64,000 nucleotides of DNA from Eledone cirrhosa. Taxonomy: Eukaryota. This document shows, piece by piece, positions 30,315-42,049 of the stretch (its first letter is position 1; every line of letters begins with the position of its first letter). The notes below the pieces were generated by a model. It searched no databases, had not been told where the DNA came from, and saw only the letters and a program-made list of their open reading frames with translations. The stretch is taken from positions 31,000,001 through 31,064,000 of the forward strand of contig OZ024760.1 of assembly GCA_964016885.1 (NCBI GenBank), in the 5' to 3' direction. Both the position numbers and the translations under genes were made by a program.

Positions 30315-31340
30315 ATATTTCGTTTCTGAATTTGTTCAGCAAGATTCTTTATCTGAAATCGTGTGTTGAAACCGATATTGTTATACTTTGGGAGGGTCAT
30401 GTTGCCAATAAGAAACACACGCACCAGTTGCTTTCACTTCAATTTATTATATATTTATAAATTCATAAATTTACAAATCTACAAACTTATAAATTATAAA
30501 TTTCTGGTTGGTTGGTTGGTTCCACAACCAGATAGTTGTTTATATATATAGTCATAGTCCTTTCGTCACACACTCTGTGACCTCTTCAGTGACTGAGGAT
30601 TCCTTTCTTCGTTTCTGTGCCTTTTCTTTCTTCTATCCTACGCCATTTTGTTTCTGTGTGTGTGTTGTGTGCTCAGTTTGCGCATGTGCCACATCCGGGT
30701 GTCTGTGTGTGTTTGTGTTCATTTTTCTATTTGTTTATTTATTTATTGTTGGTTGGTTGTTTGTTCTATGTGTGTGTGTGTTTTCATTTTGTCCTGTGTG
30801 TGTTTTCATTTTGTGTGTGTTTTCAATTGTAAGTTGTTTGTTCTATGTGTGTGTGTGTTTTCATTTTGTCCTTAATTGTAAGTTGTGATGTTGCTGTTCC
30901 ACTCATATTTTCTATTTAATTTTGGTTTTAATTCTTTTATGCTTACTGCCTCTGTAATTTGCCTAAACATTGCGTCTTTTCTGTGCGTGGATTCTATTTT
31001 ATTTCTATGCTCTCTAATCTACCCCTGTGTTCTATCTTAGCATGTTGGTAGAGCACAGATGATTCTTTATTATCTTGGAGGTCTCGCCAGTGTTCATTTA
31101 TTCGTTCCCCTATACTACGAGCTGTCTCACCTATGTACACTATATTTTTGTTTCTACATTGTCCTTCAGTACATCTTATGCTATACACTACATTTCTAGT
31201 TTTACAGTTAATATGGGGGCTTATTTTACAGGTTATACATTTCTTATCTATACATGAGGGTCTTTGGAACGGGTATGTCTTGCTAATAAGTGTTTTTACG
31301 GAGGTACCAGGTCTTTCTACTATCTTAATATTGAGATTAT
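30315..31340 (-). repeat. PLE downstream pseudo-LTR (direct repeat copy 1)
   Basis: Matches 34637-35663 with about 5 substitutions and 1 indel seen by eye. It contains the EN C-terminus, a CA-rich 3' UTR, the HHR, AATAAA (30443-30448) and a tail of the ORF 5' end. Confidence 0.93.
30550..30594 (-). ncRNA. Minimal type I hammerhead ribozyme (pLTR copy 1)
   Basis: The minus strand reads AGUCA-CUGAAGA-G-GUCACA-gagug-UGUGAC-GAAA-GGAC-UA|UGACU. This gives a 5-bp stem I, the CUGANGA core, a 6-bp stem II, GAAA and a vestigial stem III. Confidence 0.8.
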
Positions 31341-34300
31341 GTTTATTTAGGGCCTTTCTAAATTTGTAGGCTAGTTCGCCTCTAGGGGTTGTATTGATGA
31401 ACATTACACTCTGGTATTTATTGCTATCATACCATGAGTTTATTCTATTGGCCTTGTTCCTAGTTCTTTCTATTCTATTCCAAAATTTACTCCTATACAA
31501 GGGGCAGGTCCCATTTATGTCATTATTTACCATTTTTTCCCATTTGGTTCTGACTCCTTTATACACTCTGATTCTATCTCTCTGATTGTAGCCAGAGAAC
31601 TGCATACGGTGGATGAAGTGTTGTATGTGTCTCTCTAGTTCTTCGGGGTTGCACATGCGGGACACATTTCTCATCACCCGTACCAAATCCGCAATCAGTA
31701 TGTTGATTTTGGTATGGTCCGAAATGGCCGAGTTTCGGTGGATCAGATGTTTGGAAGTCATGGGTTTGGCATAATGGAAATGGAGTATTTGTTTTTGGTT
31801 GTTAATGGTATCTAACCAGAGCTATGTGTCTAGTACAGGTAATCGATGGTTGGGGTGTCTACTTGGGTAGTCTATAGTAACTCTAATGCTCTGGTGGATG
31901 GAGTTTGCTATTTGCTGGATGCTTTCCATTGTGTTTTTCTCTAGTTCCTGACTGTTCTTTAGTGGGGGTGTCTTAACTACGATGTTTATATCATCTACGT
32001 AGCGGGAGTACATTATCAGGGTTAAGCTGTCTTCTAATTGTTCATTAAGTTTTTGTTTAAGTCTACTGTCCCACCATACCATGAATAAGTTAGCTATGTC
32101 ACCTGCAATGCTAACACCAATGGCTGCTCCTTCCTCTTGGGCATATGTTTTACCATTAAATTTGAACATATGTTCCTTAAGGGTTAATTTTATGCTGGCC
32201 CCTACCGCATGTGCAATCATTTTCTTCAGTTCATCGTGGTTTTCGGGTGTCCGTATGGCTCTGGTCCACCCGTTCCATCTATCTGTGTAGGTTTTCTTGG
32301 CCATTGAGGTAATGGTAGGTGGTCTGCCTCTTGCTGGTCTTGTAGGGCACAGGTTGCTAAGGTCATAAGTGTCTAGGTAACTATTACTATGGGTAAGCTT
32401 AAGTAGAAGTCCCAGCTCACTGGTATCAATCCCACGGAACTCAACCTTGCTCTCGCTGATCATTTCTACGCATTTCTCCACAGCAAAATCCACGTCAATA
32501 GATGGATACAGGGACACAACATCCATACTGCCTAATATGCAGTTTGTTAGGTCCCCAGATCGGTTACCCGCGCCGATTCTGCTGAGGAGGTCCTCCGTGC
32601 TGTCACACACATCTGGGGACATCTCAATGATGGGGCGTATGATCAGGGAGAGGAAGTAGGACAGTCTGTAGTTACTAGCAATGTTAGCCCCACAGACTGG
32701 TCGTGTTGGTGGTCCCGTGGCAGGGTCCCAGCCCGTTTTATGGTCTTTTCGAAGCCCATACAACGCCGGCACGTCATTGTTCCAGGCCTGGAAGTTGTTG
32801 GCAGTCCTTTTGTTGGGCTGCATTATATTTGTCCACATCACCATATGGGCATTGAGGGCTTTTTCTCTATCCTCATGCTCCTGTGGTGTTACCTCTCTTG
32901 TGTTAGTGATGTGGGGTTGCATTGCCTGGATGTAGTTTGGCAGGCTGTCAACCGACATTCTGCCAGACTTGTCTGTTGGAAAACATGCTATCTCTCCATT
33001 ACGCGAGCGCTGCATGAGCTTACGCAAGCCATTTGCAGATTCTTCTCCCAGTTGCTGGGCCTCTATTCTATTATGCTTCTTGCTATACTGTTCTATAATA
33101 TTTCTAAGTTCGGATTTAGCTATACTAAATTGTGCTTCTGTTTGTTCATCGACCTGCGACGGCAACTGCGTGCGTTTGTTAAATGGCAAAGTCGTGGCGT
33201 GGACTCGTCGTAGGTCGAATGATTTATCGGAGGGGTTATAAAACGGAGAGTTCCAGGCTGCTGCTTTATGTGTACTAGTGCTATTATTATTGTTAGTTGT
33301 GTTATTTCTATTTCTATTTCCACCAGCAGCCTCAGCTTCATGGTTGTTTCTATGTCTCTCATAATTACTCCTGTCTCTTTCCACTGGCTCAATGTTGTTA
33401 TCTACCCTATTTTGTGTGTCTGTGTGTTCGTCTTGGTTATTCTCTTTGTCCTTAGTCTCCCATCTCCTTTTCCTTTTAATCCTATTACTTTCTCTTATTT
33501 CTCTGATTTCTGTGCTACTGTCATTACTGTCATTACTTGTTTTCTGTGTCTGTGTGTTTGTTAAGATTGTGGTGGTGGTGAGAGGCATTGAATGCGTGTG
33601 TGTTGTTGTTGTTGGTGTGTGTTGTTGTTGATGTGTTTTGTTGTTGTCTCCGTGTGTGTGTGTGTTATCGTTGTTGTGTGTGTTGTTATTGTTGTTTGTG
33701 TCTGCGTGTCTGTTGTTGTTGTATCTGGGTATGTTGCTATTGTTGTTGATGTGTGTGTTGTTGTTATTGTTGTCTCCGTGTGTGTTATCGTTGCTGTGTG
33801 TGTTGTTATTGTTGTTTGTGTCTGCGTGTCTGTTGTTGTTGTATCTGGGTATGTTGCTATTGTTGTTGTTGTTGTATCTGGGTATGTTGCTATTGTTGTT
33901 GTTGTTGTTATTGTTGTTTGTGTCTGTGTGTCTGTTGTTGTTGGGATGTGTGTTGTATATGTGTGTGCGTATATTGTTGCTTTTGTTTTTGATGCTCCAG
34001 CGTAGTTTTGTAAATGATTTTTCTATTTCTGACAGACAACTAATCATATTTACCTTCTTGAATGTCGCAAATTTGGGTGGCAGACGTAATACAGACATTT
34101 CATTATTATCTATTTCCGTGTTTCTATAAATGTTGGTATTTTCGTTGTTGAACTCTTCAGATAATGAGGTGTCGGCCATGTTGATACCGTCAATTTTGTC
34201 GGGATATCTATTGGTATACTCTATAGTATCCCGATTTAGCTTTGCCTGTTTAAGCCACTTTAATTTTCTGTTAAAGTGCTTATCATATTCTTGAGTAATG

Positions 34301-34722
34301 TACTGTTCTTCGGGGCGTATAAGGCTTATAAATGTTAGTTTTTCTGCTGGTGTGGTGATTTTAGATATTTCTTGTATTAGGTTACGCTTTAGTTTTTCTT
34401 GATGACTTAATTCTCTATAGATCTTCTTTTTTATGTTTAGAATTAAAGTTCGTTTTAGCCTATCTGCTTGTTTTTTGGTGAGTTGTAATCTTCTAACGTC
34501 GGTATTGATGGTGTTGGTGTAGATTCTAGAAGTGGTGCACAGTTTTATGAAGTGTAGTTGTCGAGATGTTATGGTTTTTCGTAGACAACAGAACATGGTG
34601 GTTTTCAGTATCTTGTTAGCCTGGCTAAGGCTTACGATATTTCGTTTCTGAATTTGTTTAGCAAGATTCTTTATCTGAAATCGTGTGTTGAAACCGATAT
34701 TGTTATACTTTGGGAGGGTCAT
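30872..34722 (-). pseudogene. PLE RT/GIY-YIG polyprotein (~1283 aa reconstructed), disrupted by an in-frame TAG at 31822-31824 and a 1-bp deletion near 30997
   Basis: ATG at 34722 (MTLPKY). The frame continues through the TAG as LPVLDT*LWLDTINNQKQILHFHYAKPMTSKHLIH. The pLTR copy (35194-35511) supplies the intact C-terminus SIEIKIESTHRKDAMFRQITEAVSIKELKPKLNRKYEW. Confidence 0.9.
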
Positions 34723-35663
34723 GTTGCCAATAAGAAACACACGCACCAGTTGCTTTCACTTCAATTTATTATATATTTATAAATTCATAAATTTACAAAT
34801 CTACAAACTTATAAATTATAAATTTCTGGTTGGTTGGTTGGTTCCACAACCAGATAGTTGTTTATATATATAGTCATAGTCCTTTCGTCACACACTCTGT
34901 GACCTCTTCAGTGACTGGGGATTCCTTTCTTCGTTTCTGTGCCTTTTCTTTCTTCTATCCTACGCCATTTTGTTTCTGTGTGTGTGTTGTGTGCTCAGTT
35001 TGCGCATGTGCCACATCCGGGTGTCTGTGTGTGTTTGTGTTCATTTTTCTATTTGTTTATTTATTTATTGTTGGTTGGTTGTTTGTTCTATGTGTGTGTG
35101 TGTTTTCATTTTGTCCTGTGTGTGTTTTCATTTTGTGTGTGTTTTCAATTGTAAGTTGTTTGTTCTATGTGTGTGTGTGTTTTCATTTTGTCCTTAATTG
35201 TAAGTTGTGATGTTGCTGTTCCACTCATATTTTCTATTTAATTTTGGTTTTAATTCTTTTATGCTTACTGCCTCTGTAATTTGCCTAAACATTGCGTCTT
35301 TTCTGTGCGTGGATTCTATTTTTATTTCTATGCTCTCTAATCTACCCCTGTGTTCTATCTTAGCATGTTGGTAGAGCACAGATGATTCTTTATTATCTTG
35401 GAGGTCTCGCCAGTGTTCATTTATTCGTTCCCCTATACTACGAGCTGTCTCACCTATGTACACTATATTTTTGTTTCTACATTGTCCTTCAGTACATCTT
35501 ATGCTATACACTACATTTCTAGTTTTACAATTAATATGGGGGCTTATTTTACAGGTTATACATTTCTTTTCTATACATGAGGGTTTTTGGAACGGGTATG
35601 TCTTGCTAATAAGTGTTTTTACGGAGGTACCAGGTCTTTCTACTATCTTAATATTGAGATTAT
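34637..35663 (-). repeat. PLE upstream pseudo-LTR (direct repeat copy 2)
   Basis: Same sequence as 30315-31340 at offset 4322/4323. It overlaps the ORF start. Confidence 0.93.
34872..34916 (-). ncRNA. Minimal type I hammerhead ribozyme (pLTR copy 2)
   Basis: Identical core and stems to 30550-30594. It lies about 150 nt upstream of the PLE ATG. Confidence 0.8.
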
Positions 35664-35733
35664 AATATATTATTATATATTTGAAACCACGTGTTTTCGA
35701 ACTTGTGAGTACATTTTCCTTTAACTACAAATT

Positions 35734-35927
35734 GGGGTGGATTGGCAGTATCGGTGGAGGGTCGGACGCCATGCTTTCCAGCATAGTTACGTCCCTTTAC
35801 GATCTGAGTTCAAATCCTGCCGAGGTTGACTTTGCCTTTCATCCTTACGGGGTCGATAAAATAAAGTACCAGTAATGTACTGGGTAATTGCTGGCCTTGT
35901 GCCAAAAGTAGAAACAATTATTATTAT
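35734..35927 (+). mobile_element. tRNA-derived SINE, Octopus-type, diverged
   Basis: A-box-like TGGCAGTATCGG (35743), B-box GAGTTCAAATCC (35806), and core GACTTTGCCTTTCATCCTTACGGGGTCGATAAAATAAAGTACCAGT, which I recognise from Octopus SINEs. It ends in an (ATT)n tail. Confidence 0.8.
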
Positions 35928-35970
35928 ATACTTTCGTCTTTTCATTAACTTAATTAATTTCAAATAACCA

Positions 35971-35972
<2 letters not shown>

Positions 35973-36039
<67 letters not shown>
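35973..36039. repeat. (TA)n microsatellite
   Basis: Pure AT dinucleotide run. Confidence 0.95.
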
Positions 36040-36040
<1 letters not shown>

Positions 36041-36173
36041 TCATATTTATATATATACTCTTCTCACTCACACACAAGAAAAACAAAAAACAAAAATAAA
36101 TCAAAAATAAATTTAAAAAAAATATATATATATATTGAAATACTTAACTAAAACACACACACTCAAAACTAGA

Positions 36174-37319
36174 ATGGCTAACCAGCAAAAATCCAAACAG
36201 AACTGGTCTGATAATGAAATCGACATTCTAATAAACACATGGCATTGCCTTACCCAAACAGAAGACATAGATGCTTCATCTCTGAACGACATTGCTAAAC
36301 GTACAGTTCAATTTTTGAAAACTCGATCTGAACAACAGATTCAAAATAAATTAAAGCAAATCGAAATTGCTTTTAAATTAATCAATAAACATTTGGATAA
36401 ACTACGGTGTGTTTTTTCTTCGAATGCTGTCCAGCAGCAGCAACAACAACAACAGCAGCTACAACGGCAACAACAACAACAGCTACAACAACAACAACAG
36501 CAACAACAACAACAACGACAACAACAGTGTGAACCACTCCTTGATTCATCAACAATGGCCGATCTACTAAATGAAACTATTGACCCCCCAGTAGCCTCTG
36601 TCTCACAGCATGAAACGCCACATCCTTTCTCTGGCCCAGCAGTCCAATCATCACCACTGCCAACATCTCTGCCTGCTACTACTACTACTACTACAACAGT
36701 TTTGTCTACTGCTATGTCAAAGAATTTACCTTCTAATACCAGAACAAGAACTCTCCCTCCCACAGTCCACAAAGGTCGTCAAATCCTACCCAAACCATCA
36801 TCTACACCTCTCACAACACACACACCCACATACCCACCCACTCGAAACCCCATCATTTGCCGCTACTCTCTACGCTATAGAATATGTACGGATAGTGGCT
36901 GCAAATTCACCCATTTACCTAGGACAAAACGATCTATCCCCACAAACAGCCACCACCATAATACATACTCTAATTTAACACCAACACAACCACCAATAAC
37001 TCAAACAAGGAATCCACAAATCTGCCGCTTTTCCCTGCGAGACAGATTGTGTTTAGACCGGGATTGTCCCTTTACCCATCTCCCGGGGACCCGTCGGACA
37101 AATGAAAATAAAATTAAAAATAAAAGCAAAAACAAAAACCATAACCTACATAAAAATAACCACTACCACAGTCACCAACAGTCTTCTAAACAGGAAACTT
37201 CTTCCTCTTTTTTAGCCATAAGGAATCTGGCAAAAGAACTGGAAAAAAACATTCGAGCTATCACCCAGCACCACCCTCCACTATCACCCCACTGCACAAA
37301 CTCCCATTGCTGCCATTAA
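36174..37319 (+). CDS. LINE ORF1 (381 aa): Myb/SANT-like N-terminus, polyQ, Pro/Thr-rich linker, two CCCH zinc fingers
   Basis: ATG at 36174 (MANQQ). WSDNEIDILINTW...RSEQQIQNKLKQI is trihelix-like. CRYSLRYRICTDSGCKFTH and CRFSLRDRLCLDRDCPFTH fit C-x8-C-x4-C-x3-H. Confidence 0.85.
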   Translation: MANQQKSKQNWSDNEIDILINTWHCLTQTEDIDASSLNDIAKRTVQFLKTRSEQQIQNKLKQIEIAFKLINKHLDKLRCVFSSNAVQQQQQQQQQLQRQQQQQLQQQQQQQQQQRQQQCEPLLDSSTMADLLNETIDPPVASVSQHETPHPFSGPAVQSSPLPTSLPATTTTTTTVLSTAMSKNLPSNTRTRTLPPTVHKGRQILPKPSSTPLTTHTPTYPPTRNPIICRYSLRYRICTDSGCKFTHLPRTKRSIPTNSHHHNTYSNLTPTQPPITQTRNPQICRFSLRDRLCLDRDCPFTHLPGTRRTNENKIKNKSKNKNHNLHKNNHYHSHQQSSKQETSSSFLAIRNLAKELEKNIRAITQHHPPLSPHCTNSHCCH

Positions 37320-40300
37320 CAAACAAACAAATTAACAACACACCAAAACAATTAAAACCATCCACTCTCGCCTCTACATTTTTGCTTAACGCCCAAGGCA
37401 TCAGCCCTTCCACCAATACTCAAAAATGGAAGATCAAATTCCTGGAGGACTGGATTGATGTCCATCCAAACCACATCCCTTTCTTCGTCCTCACTGAAAC
37501 CCATCTCAGTAACCTCCACTTGGAAGCCGAGGTGAAAGTGAAAAATTTCAAAGCCATCCGTGCTGATCGCGCTGGCAGAAGAAAGGGCGGAACTGCCATT
37601 TATGTCCATAATTCTTTCTCAACAGAAGCTATGAACATATTCACTAATGGATACTGTGAGGCAGTCACTGTATTCAGTCAAACCAACAACCTATTAGTAG
37701 TTGGGCTCTATAGGCCACCCCAAACGCCTGTACCATGCTTCAAGGAATGCCTCAACAGCATAAAGTGTTTCATCCAAGAGTGTCACCCTGACAACATCTT
37801 AATGATGGGGGACTTCAACCTCCCCGGAGTTGACTGGTCCACAAACAGCCTGCCACCAGGTTCGTCTGCCTCAACTTCTGACAGGGAAGCTGTGGAATCG
37901 CTTCTTGACTTCATGGATGATTTCTTCCTATCCCAACTGGTGCTCGAACCAACGAGGTGCCACAAAAACGTCTTAGACTTAATTTTCAGCAATCACACTG
38001 ACAATATCCACAATATTGCAGTGGAGAAAACTCTACTCTCTGATCATGACATGGTTCTCTGTGATCTGAGATTCCACCGTCCAATATACAAACCCAATGT
38101 CATCTCTCCTGTCCATCCGTTTGACGCTATGGATTTCCACAATGCAAACTGGGAAGCGATCAGTCATGATCTTGCACATGTCGACTGGTCCTTCACGCAC
38201 ACTCATACACCCACTAACATCAAAAAGTCCTGGCAGACATTTGTGGACACTGTTACAAACATATGTGCTAAACACACCCCATTAAGAACTATAAACAAAT
38301 CTAAGAGCAGAATCCCTAGAAATAGAAAAACGCTCATCAGAAAAATTAAGAGAACGAACAAAAAAATCAACAAGCTGAAATACTGTCAGCAGCAACACAT
38401 CAACTTGACTGCCATTTCATCACTAGAGATTAAAAAACATAACCTCCAAAACAACATAATGTCCCTCATCAACAATCAAAGAAGAGCTGAAGAGGCCTGG
38501 GCCATTGAGAAGATCAAACTCAATCCCAAAGTGTTCTTTTCATTTGCAAAAAAACACAAAATCACTGGCTCTACTGTTGGCCCTCTAATTGATGAAAATG
38601 GCACTCTTCAAGACAATGCTAAAACCATGGGTAAGATACTGCAGAAACAATACTGCTCTGTTTTCAGCAATCCTGATATGGCCGATCTGGGCTGTATCGG
38701 CGATGTTACTCCCCATTACACCTTATCGGACATAACGTTTGGCGCCCCTGATGTCTTGGCGGCAATAAAGGAAATCAAGCATAATTCAGCAGTAGGTCCC
38801 GATAGGTTCCCTGCTTGTGTCTTGAAGGCGTGTCAACACCAACTTGCATCTCCTCTTGCCAATCTGTGGCGGAACTCACTGGATGCTGGATATGTGCCAG
38901 AAAACCTTCTATCCCAGTCTGTTGTCCCAGTTTTCAAAAAGGGAAACAAATCCCTTGCCGTGAATTACCGTCCAATCTCACTCACCTCTCATATCATTAA
39001 GGTATTTGAGAGAGTGGTGAGATCGCGAATGACCCACTTCCTTGAGAGTAACAATATGCTGAACTCCAACCAGCATGGATTCCGTAATGGAAGGGATTTC
39101 CTGACGCAGCTACTGCATCACTTTGATGACATTTTGAGAGCCTTGGGAGAGGGTTCCAACACTGATGTTATCTACCTTGATTTCAGCAAGGTCTTTGACA
39201 GAGTTGATCATAACATTCTACTGAGAAAGCTGTCCAATATTGGTGTCACTGGAAAGCTGCTGCAGTGGATCAAGAGCTTCCTGTCAAACAGAACCCAACA
39301 TGTTGTAGTTGAGGGAGTCAAATCCAGCCCAGCCAAAGTCAGTAGTGGGGTCCCACAAGGCACTGTGTTGGGCCCACTTCTCTTCATCATCTATATTAAT
39401 GACATCACTGACATAATCAAACACAGCAACATTAAAATTTTCGCTGATGATTCCAAGCTCCAAAAGGTCATCAATGGCGTGGATGACCGGATAAGCCTTC
39501 AGTCAGACCTACTGGCTGTTACCCAATGGGCGGAAAAGAACAACATGTTACTGAACGAAGACAAATTCGAACTGATCCACTTTGGAAAAGAGGATGCTCT
39601 GAAACTCCCGTACTCCCTTCCCTCCGGGGAAACTCTCGTGGCATCTAACAACATCAGAGACTTGGGAGTAACCGTGGACAGCAACATAAGCTGGACCACG
39701 CATATAAGCAGCAAAGTTGACATGGCCCGCAGAATGTGTTCCTGGATCCTCAGAACCTTCCAGTCGAGAGATTCCCGCACCATTATCCTTCTCTTCTCTA
39801 CTTTTGCCCGACCACACCTTGAATACTGTTGTCCACTGTGGTCTCCCCACACGAAACAAAGTATCATGAAACTTGAAGCTCCTCAAAGGGCAATCACGAA
39901 AAAGATAGATGGCATGTCAGACCTTGACTACTGGGGTCGATTAGAAAACCTGAAACTTTACTCACTCCAACGTCGCCGTGAGCGTTATATTATCTGCATG
40001 ATGTGGAAAATGTTCCATCATCACTGCCCAAATGATGTTGGCATCGCCTTCAAGATACACCCAAGGCTTGGGCCCCGTGCTATCCGTCCCATTCAAAAAT
40101 CTAAATCGCAACTCATAACAACAATACGGCACAATTATTTCACCTCAATCGGCCCTGCTCTCTTCAACATCACACCAGGACACGTCAAAACAGAAACTGA
40201 CCACACAAAATTCAAGAAGTCTTTGGACAAATTCCTCCAAATAATCCCGGACAAACCACCCACACCCGGATATGTCTCCGCAAACAGTAATTCTCTTCTC

Positions 40301-40327
40301 GAATGGGCCATGGTGCCCAAATCCTGA
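37190..40327 (+). CDS. LINE ORF2: APE endonuclease plus reverse transcriptase (CR1/Jockey-superfamily type), intact, with no AUG upstream of the APE domain
   Basis: APE motifs NAQG, TETHL, GGTAIY, YRPP, GDFN, PTR..LDL and SDH. RT motifs [33 protein letters not shown] and DLGV, plus C-terminal SLQRRRER. The frame is open from 37190 and the first ATG is at 37631. Confidence 0.95.
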   Translation, partial: TGNFFLFFSHKESGKRTGKKHSSYHPAPPSTITPLHKLPLLPLTNKQINNTPKQLKPSTLASTFLLNAQGISPSTNTQKWKIKFLEDWIDVHPNHIPFFVLTETHLSNLHLEAEVKVKNFKAIRADRAGRRKGGTAIYVHNSFSTEAMNIFTNGYCEAVTVFSQTNNLLVVGLYRPPQTPVPCFKECLNSIKCFIQECHPDNILMMGDFNLPGVDWSTNSLPPGSSASTSDREAVESLLDFMDDFFLSQLVLEPTRCHKNVLDLIFSNHTDNIHNIAVEKTLLSDHDMVLCDLRFHRPIYKPNVISPVHPFDAMDFHNANWEAISHDLAHVDWSFTHTHTPTNIKKSWQTFVDTVTNICAKHTPLRTINKSKSRIPRNRKTLIRKIKRTNKKINKLKYCQQQHINLTAISSLEIKKHNLQNNIMSLINNQRRAEEAWAIEKIKLNPKVFFSFAKKHKITGSTVGPLIDENGTLQDNAKTMGKILQKQYCSVFSNPDMADLGCIGDVTPHYTLSDITFGAPDVLAAIKEIKHNSAVGPDRFPACVLKACQHQLASPLANLWRNSLDAGYVPENLLSQSVVPVFKKGNKSLAVNYRPISLTSHIIKVFERVVRSRMTHFLESNNMLNSNQHGFRNGRDFLTQLLHHFDDILRALGEGSNTDVIYLDFSKVFDRVDHNILLRKLSNIGVTGKLLQWIKSFLSNRTQHVVVEGVKSSPAKVSSGVPQGTVLGPLLFIIYINDITDIIKHSNIKIFADDSKLQKVINGVDDRISLQSDLLAVTQWAEKNNMLLNEDKFELIHFGKEDALKLPYSLPSGETLVASNNIRDLGVTVDSNISWTTHISSKVDMARRMCSWILRTFQSRDSRTIILLFSTFARPHLEYCCPLWSPHTKQSIMKLEAPQRAITKKIDGMSDLDYWGRLENLKLYSLQRRRERYIICMMWKMFHHHCPNDVGIAFKIHPRLGPRAIRPIQKSKSQLITTIRHNYFTSIGPALFNITPGHVKTETDHTKFKKSLDKFLQIIPDKPPTPGYVSANSNSLLEWAMVPKS

Positions 40328-40412
40328 ATTGAAAGACTTCGCCAGGTGGTGCTATTAAGTTACACATGGCCTGGGCCAATACAGGCCAAAACATTTCAAA
40401 GTTATTCAAAGT

Positions 40413-42049
<1,637 letters not shown>

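Larger units (their letters stand above)
30315..35663 (-). mobile_element. Penelope-like element (EN+ PLE, RT plus C-terminal GIY-YIG) in partial-tandem / pseudo-LTR configuration
   Basis: RT motifs DKSG, RPVCG, SMDVVSLYPSI, QEEGAAIG, RYVDD and LPVLD. GIY-YIG with VVY-SIRCTEGQC-YIGETAR..R..EH..H...H (CCHH). Direct repeats of 1 kb, a hammerhead motif, and TATAATATATT at both junctions. Confidence 0.95.

Noticed and set aside
31822-31824. Selenocysteine or read-through recoding at the PLE in-frame stop, as in selenoprotein Naiads
   Set aside because: The codon is UAG, not UGA, it is single and not at an obvious Cys position, and the copy has a second lesion. A point mutation is simpler.
32081-34129. 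Plus-strand ORFs inside the PLE and minus-strand ORFs inside LINE ORF2
   Set aside because: Antisense shadows of the real reading frames with no recognisable motifs.
30315-35663. LTR retrotransposon interpretation of the 1-kb direct repeats
   Set aside because: No TG..CA termini, PBS/PPT, gag, protease or integrase. The repeats include coding sequence and the enzyme set is PLE RT plus GIY-YIG.
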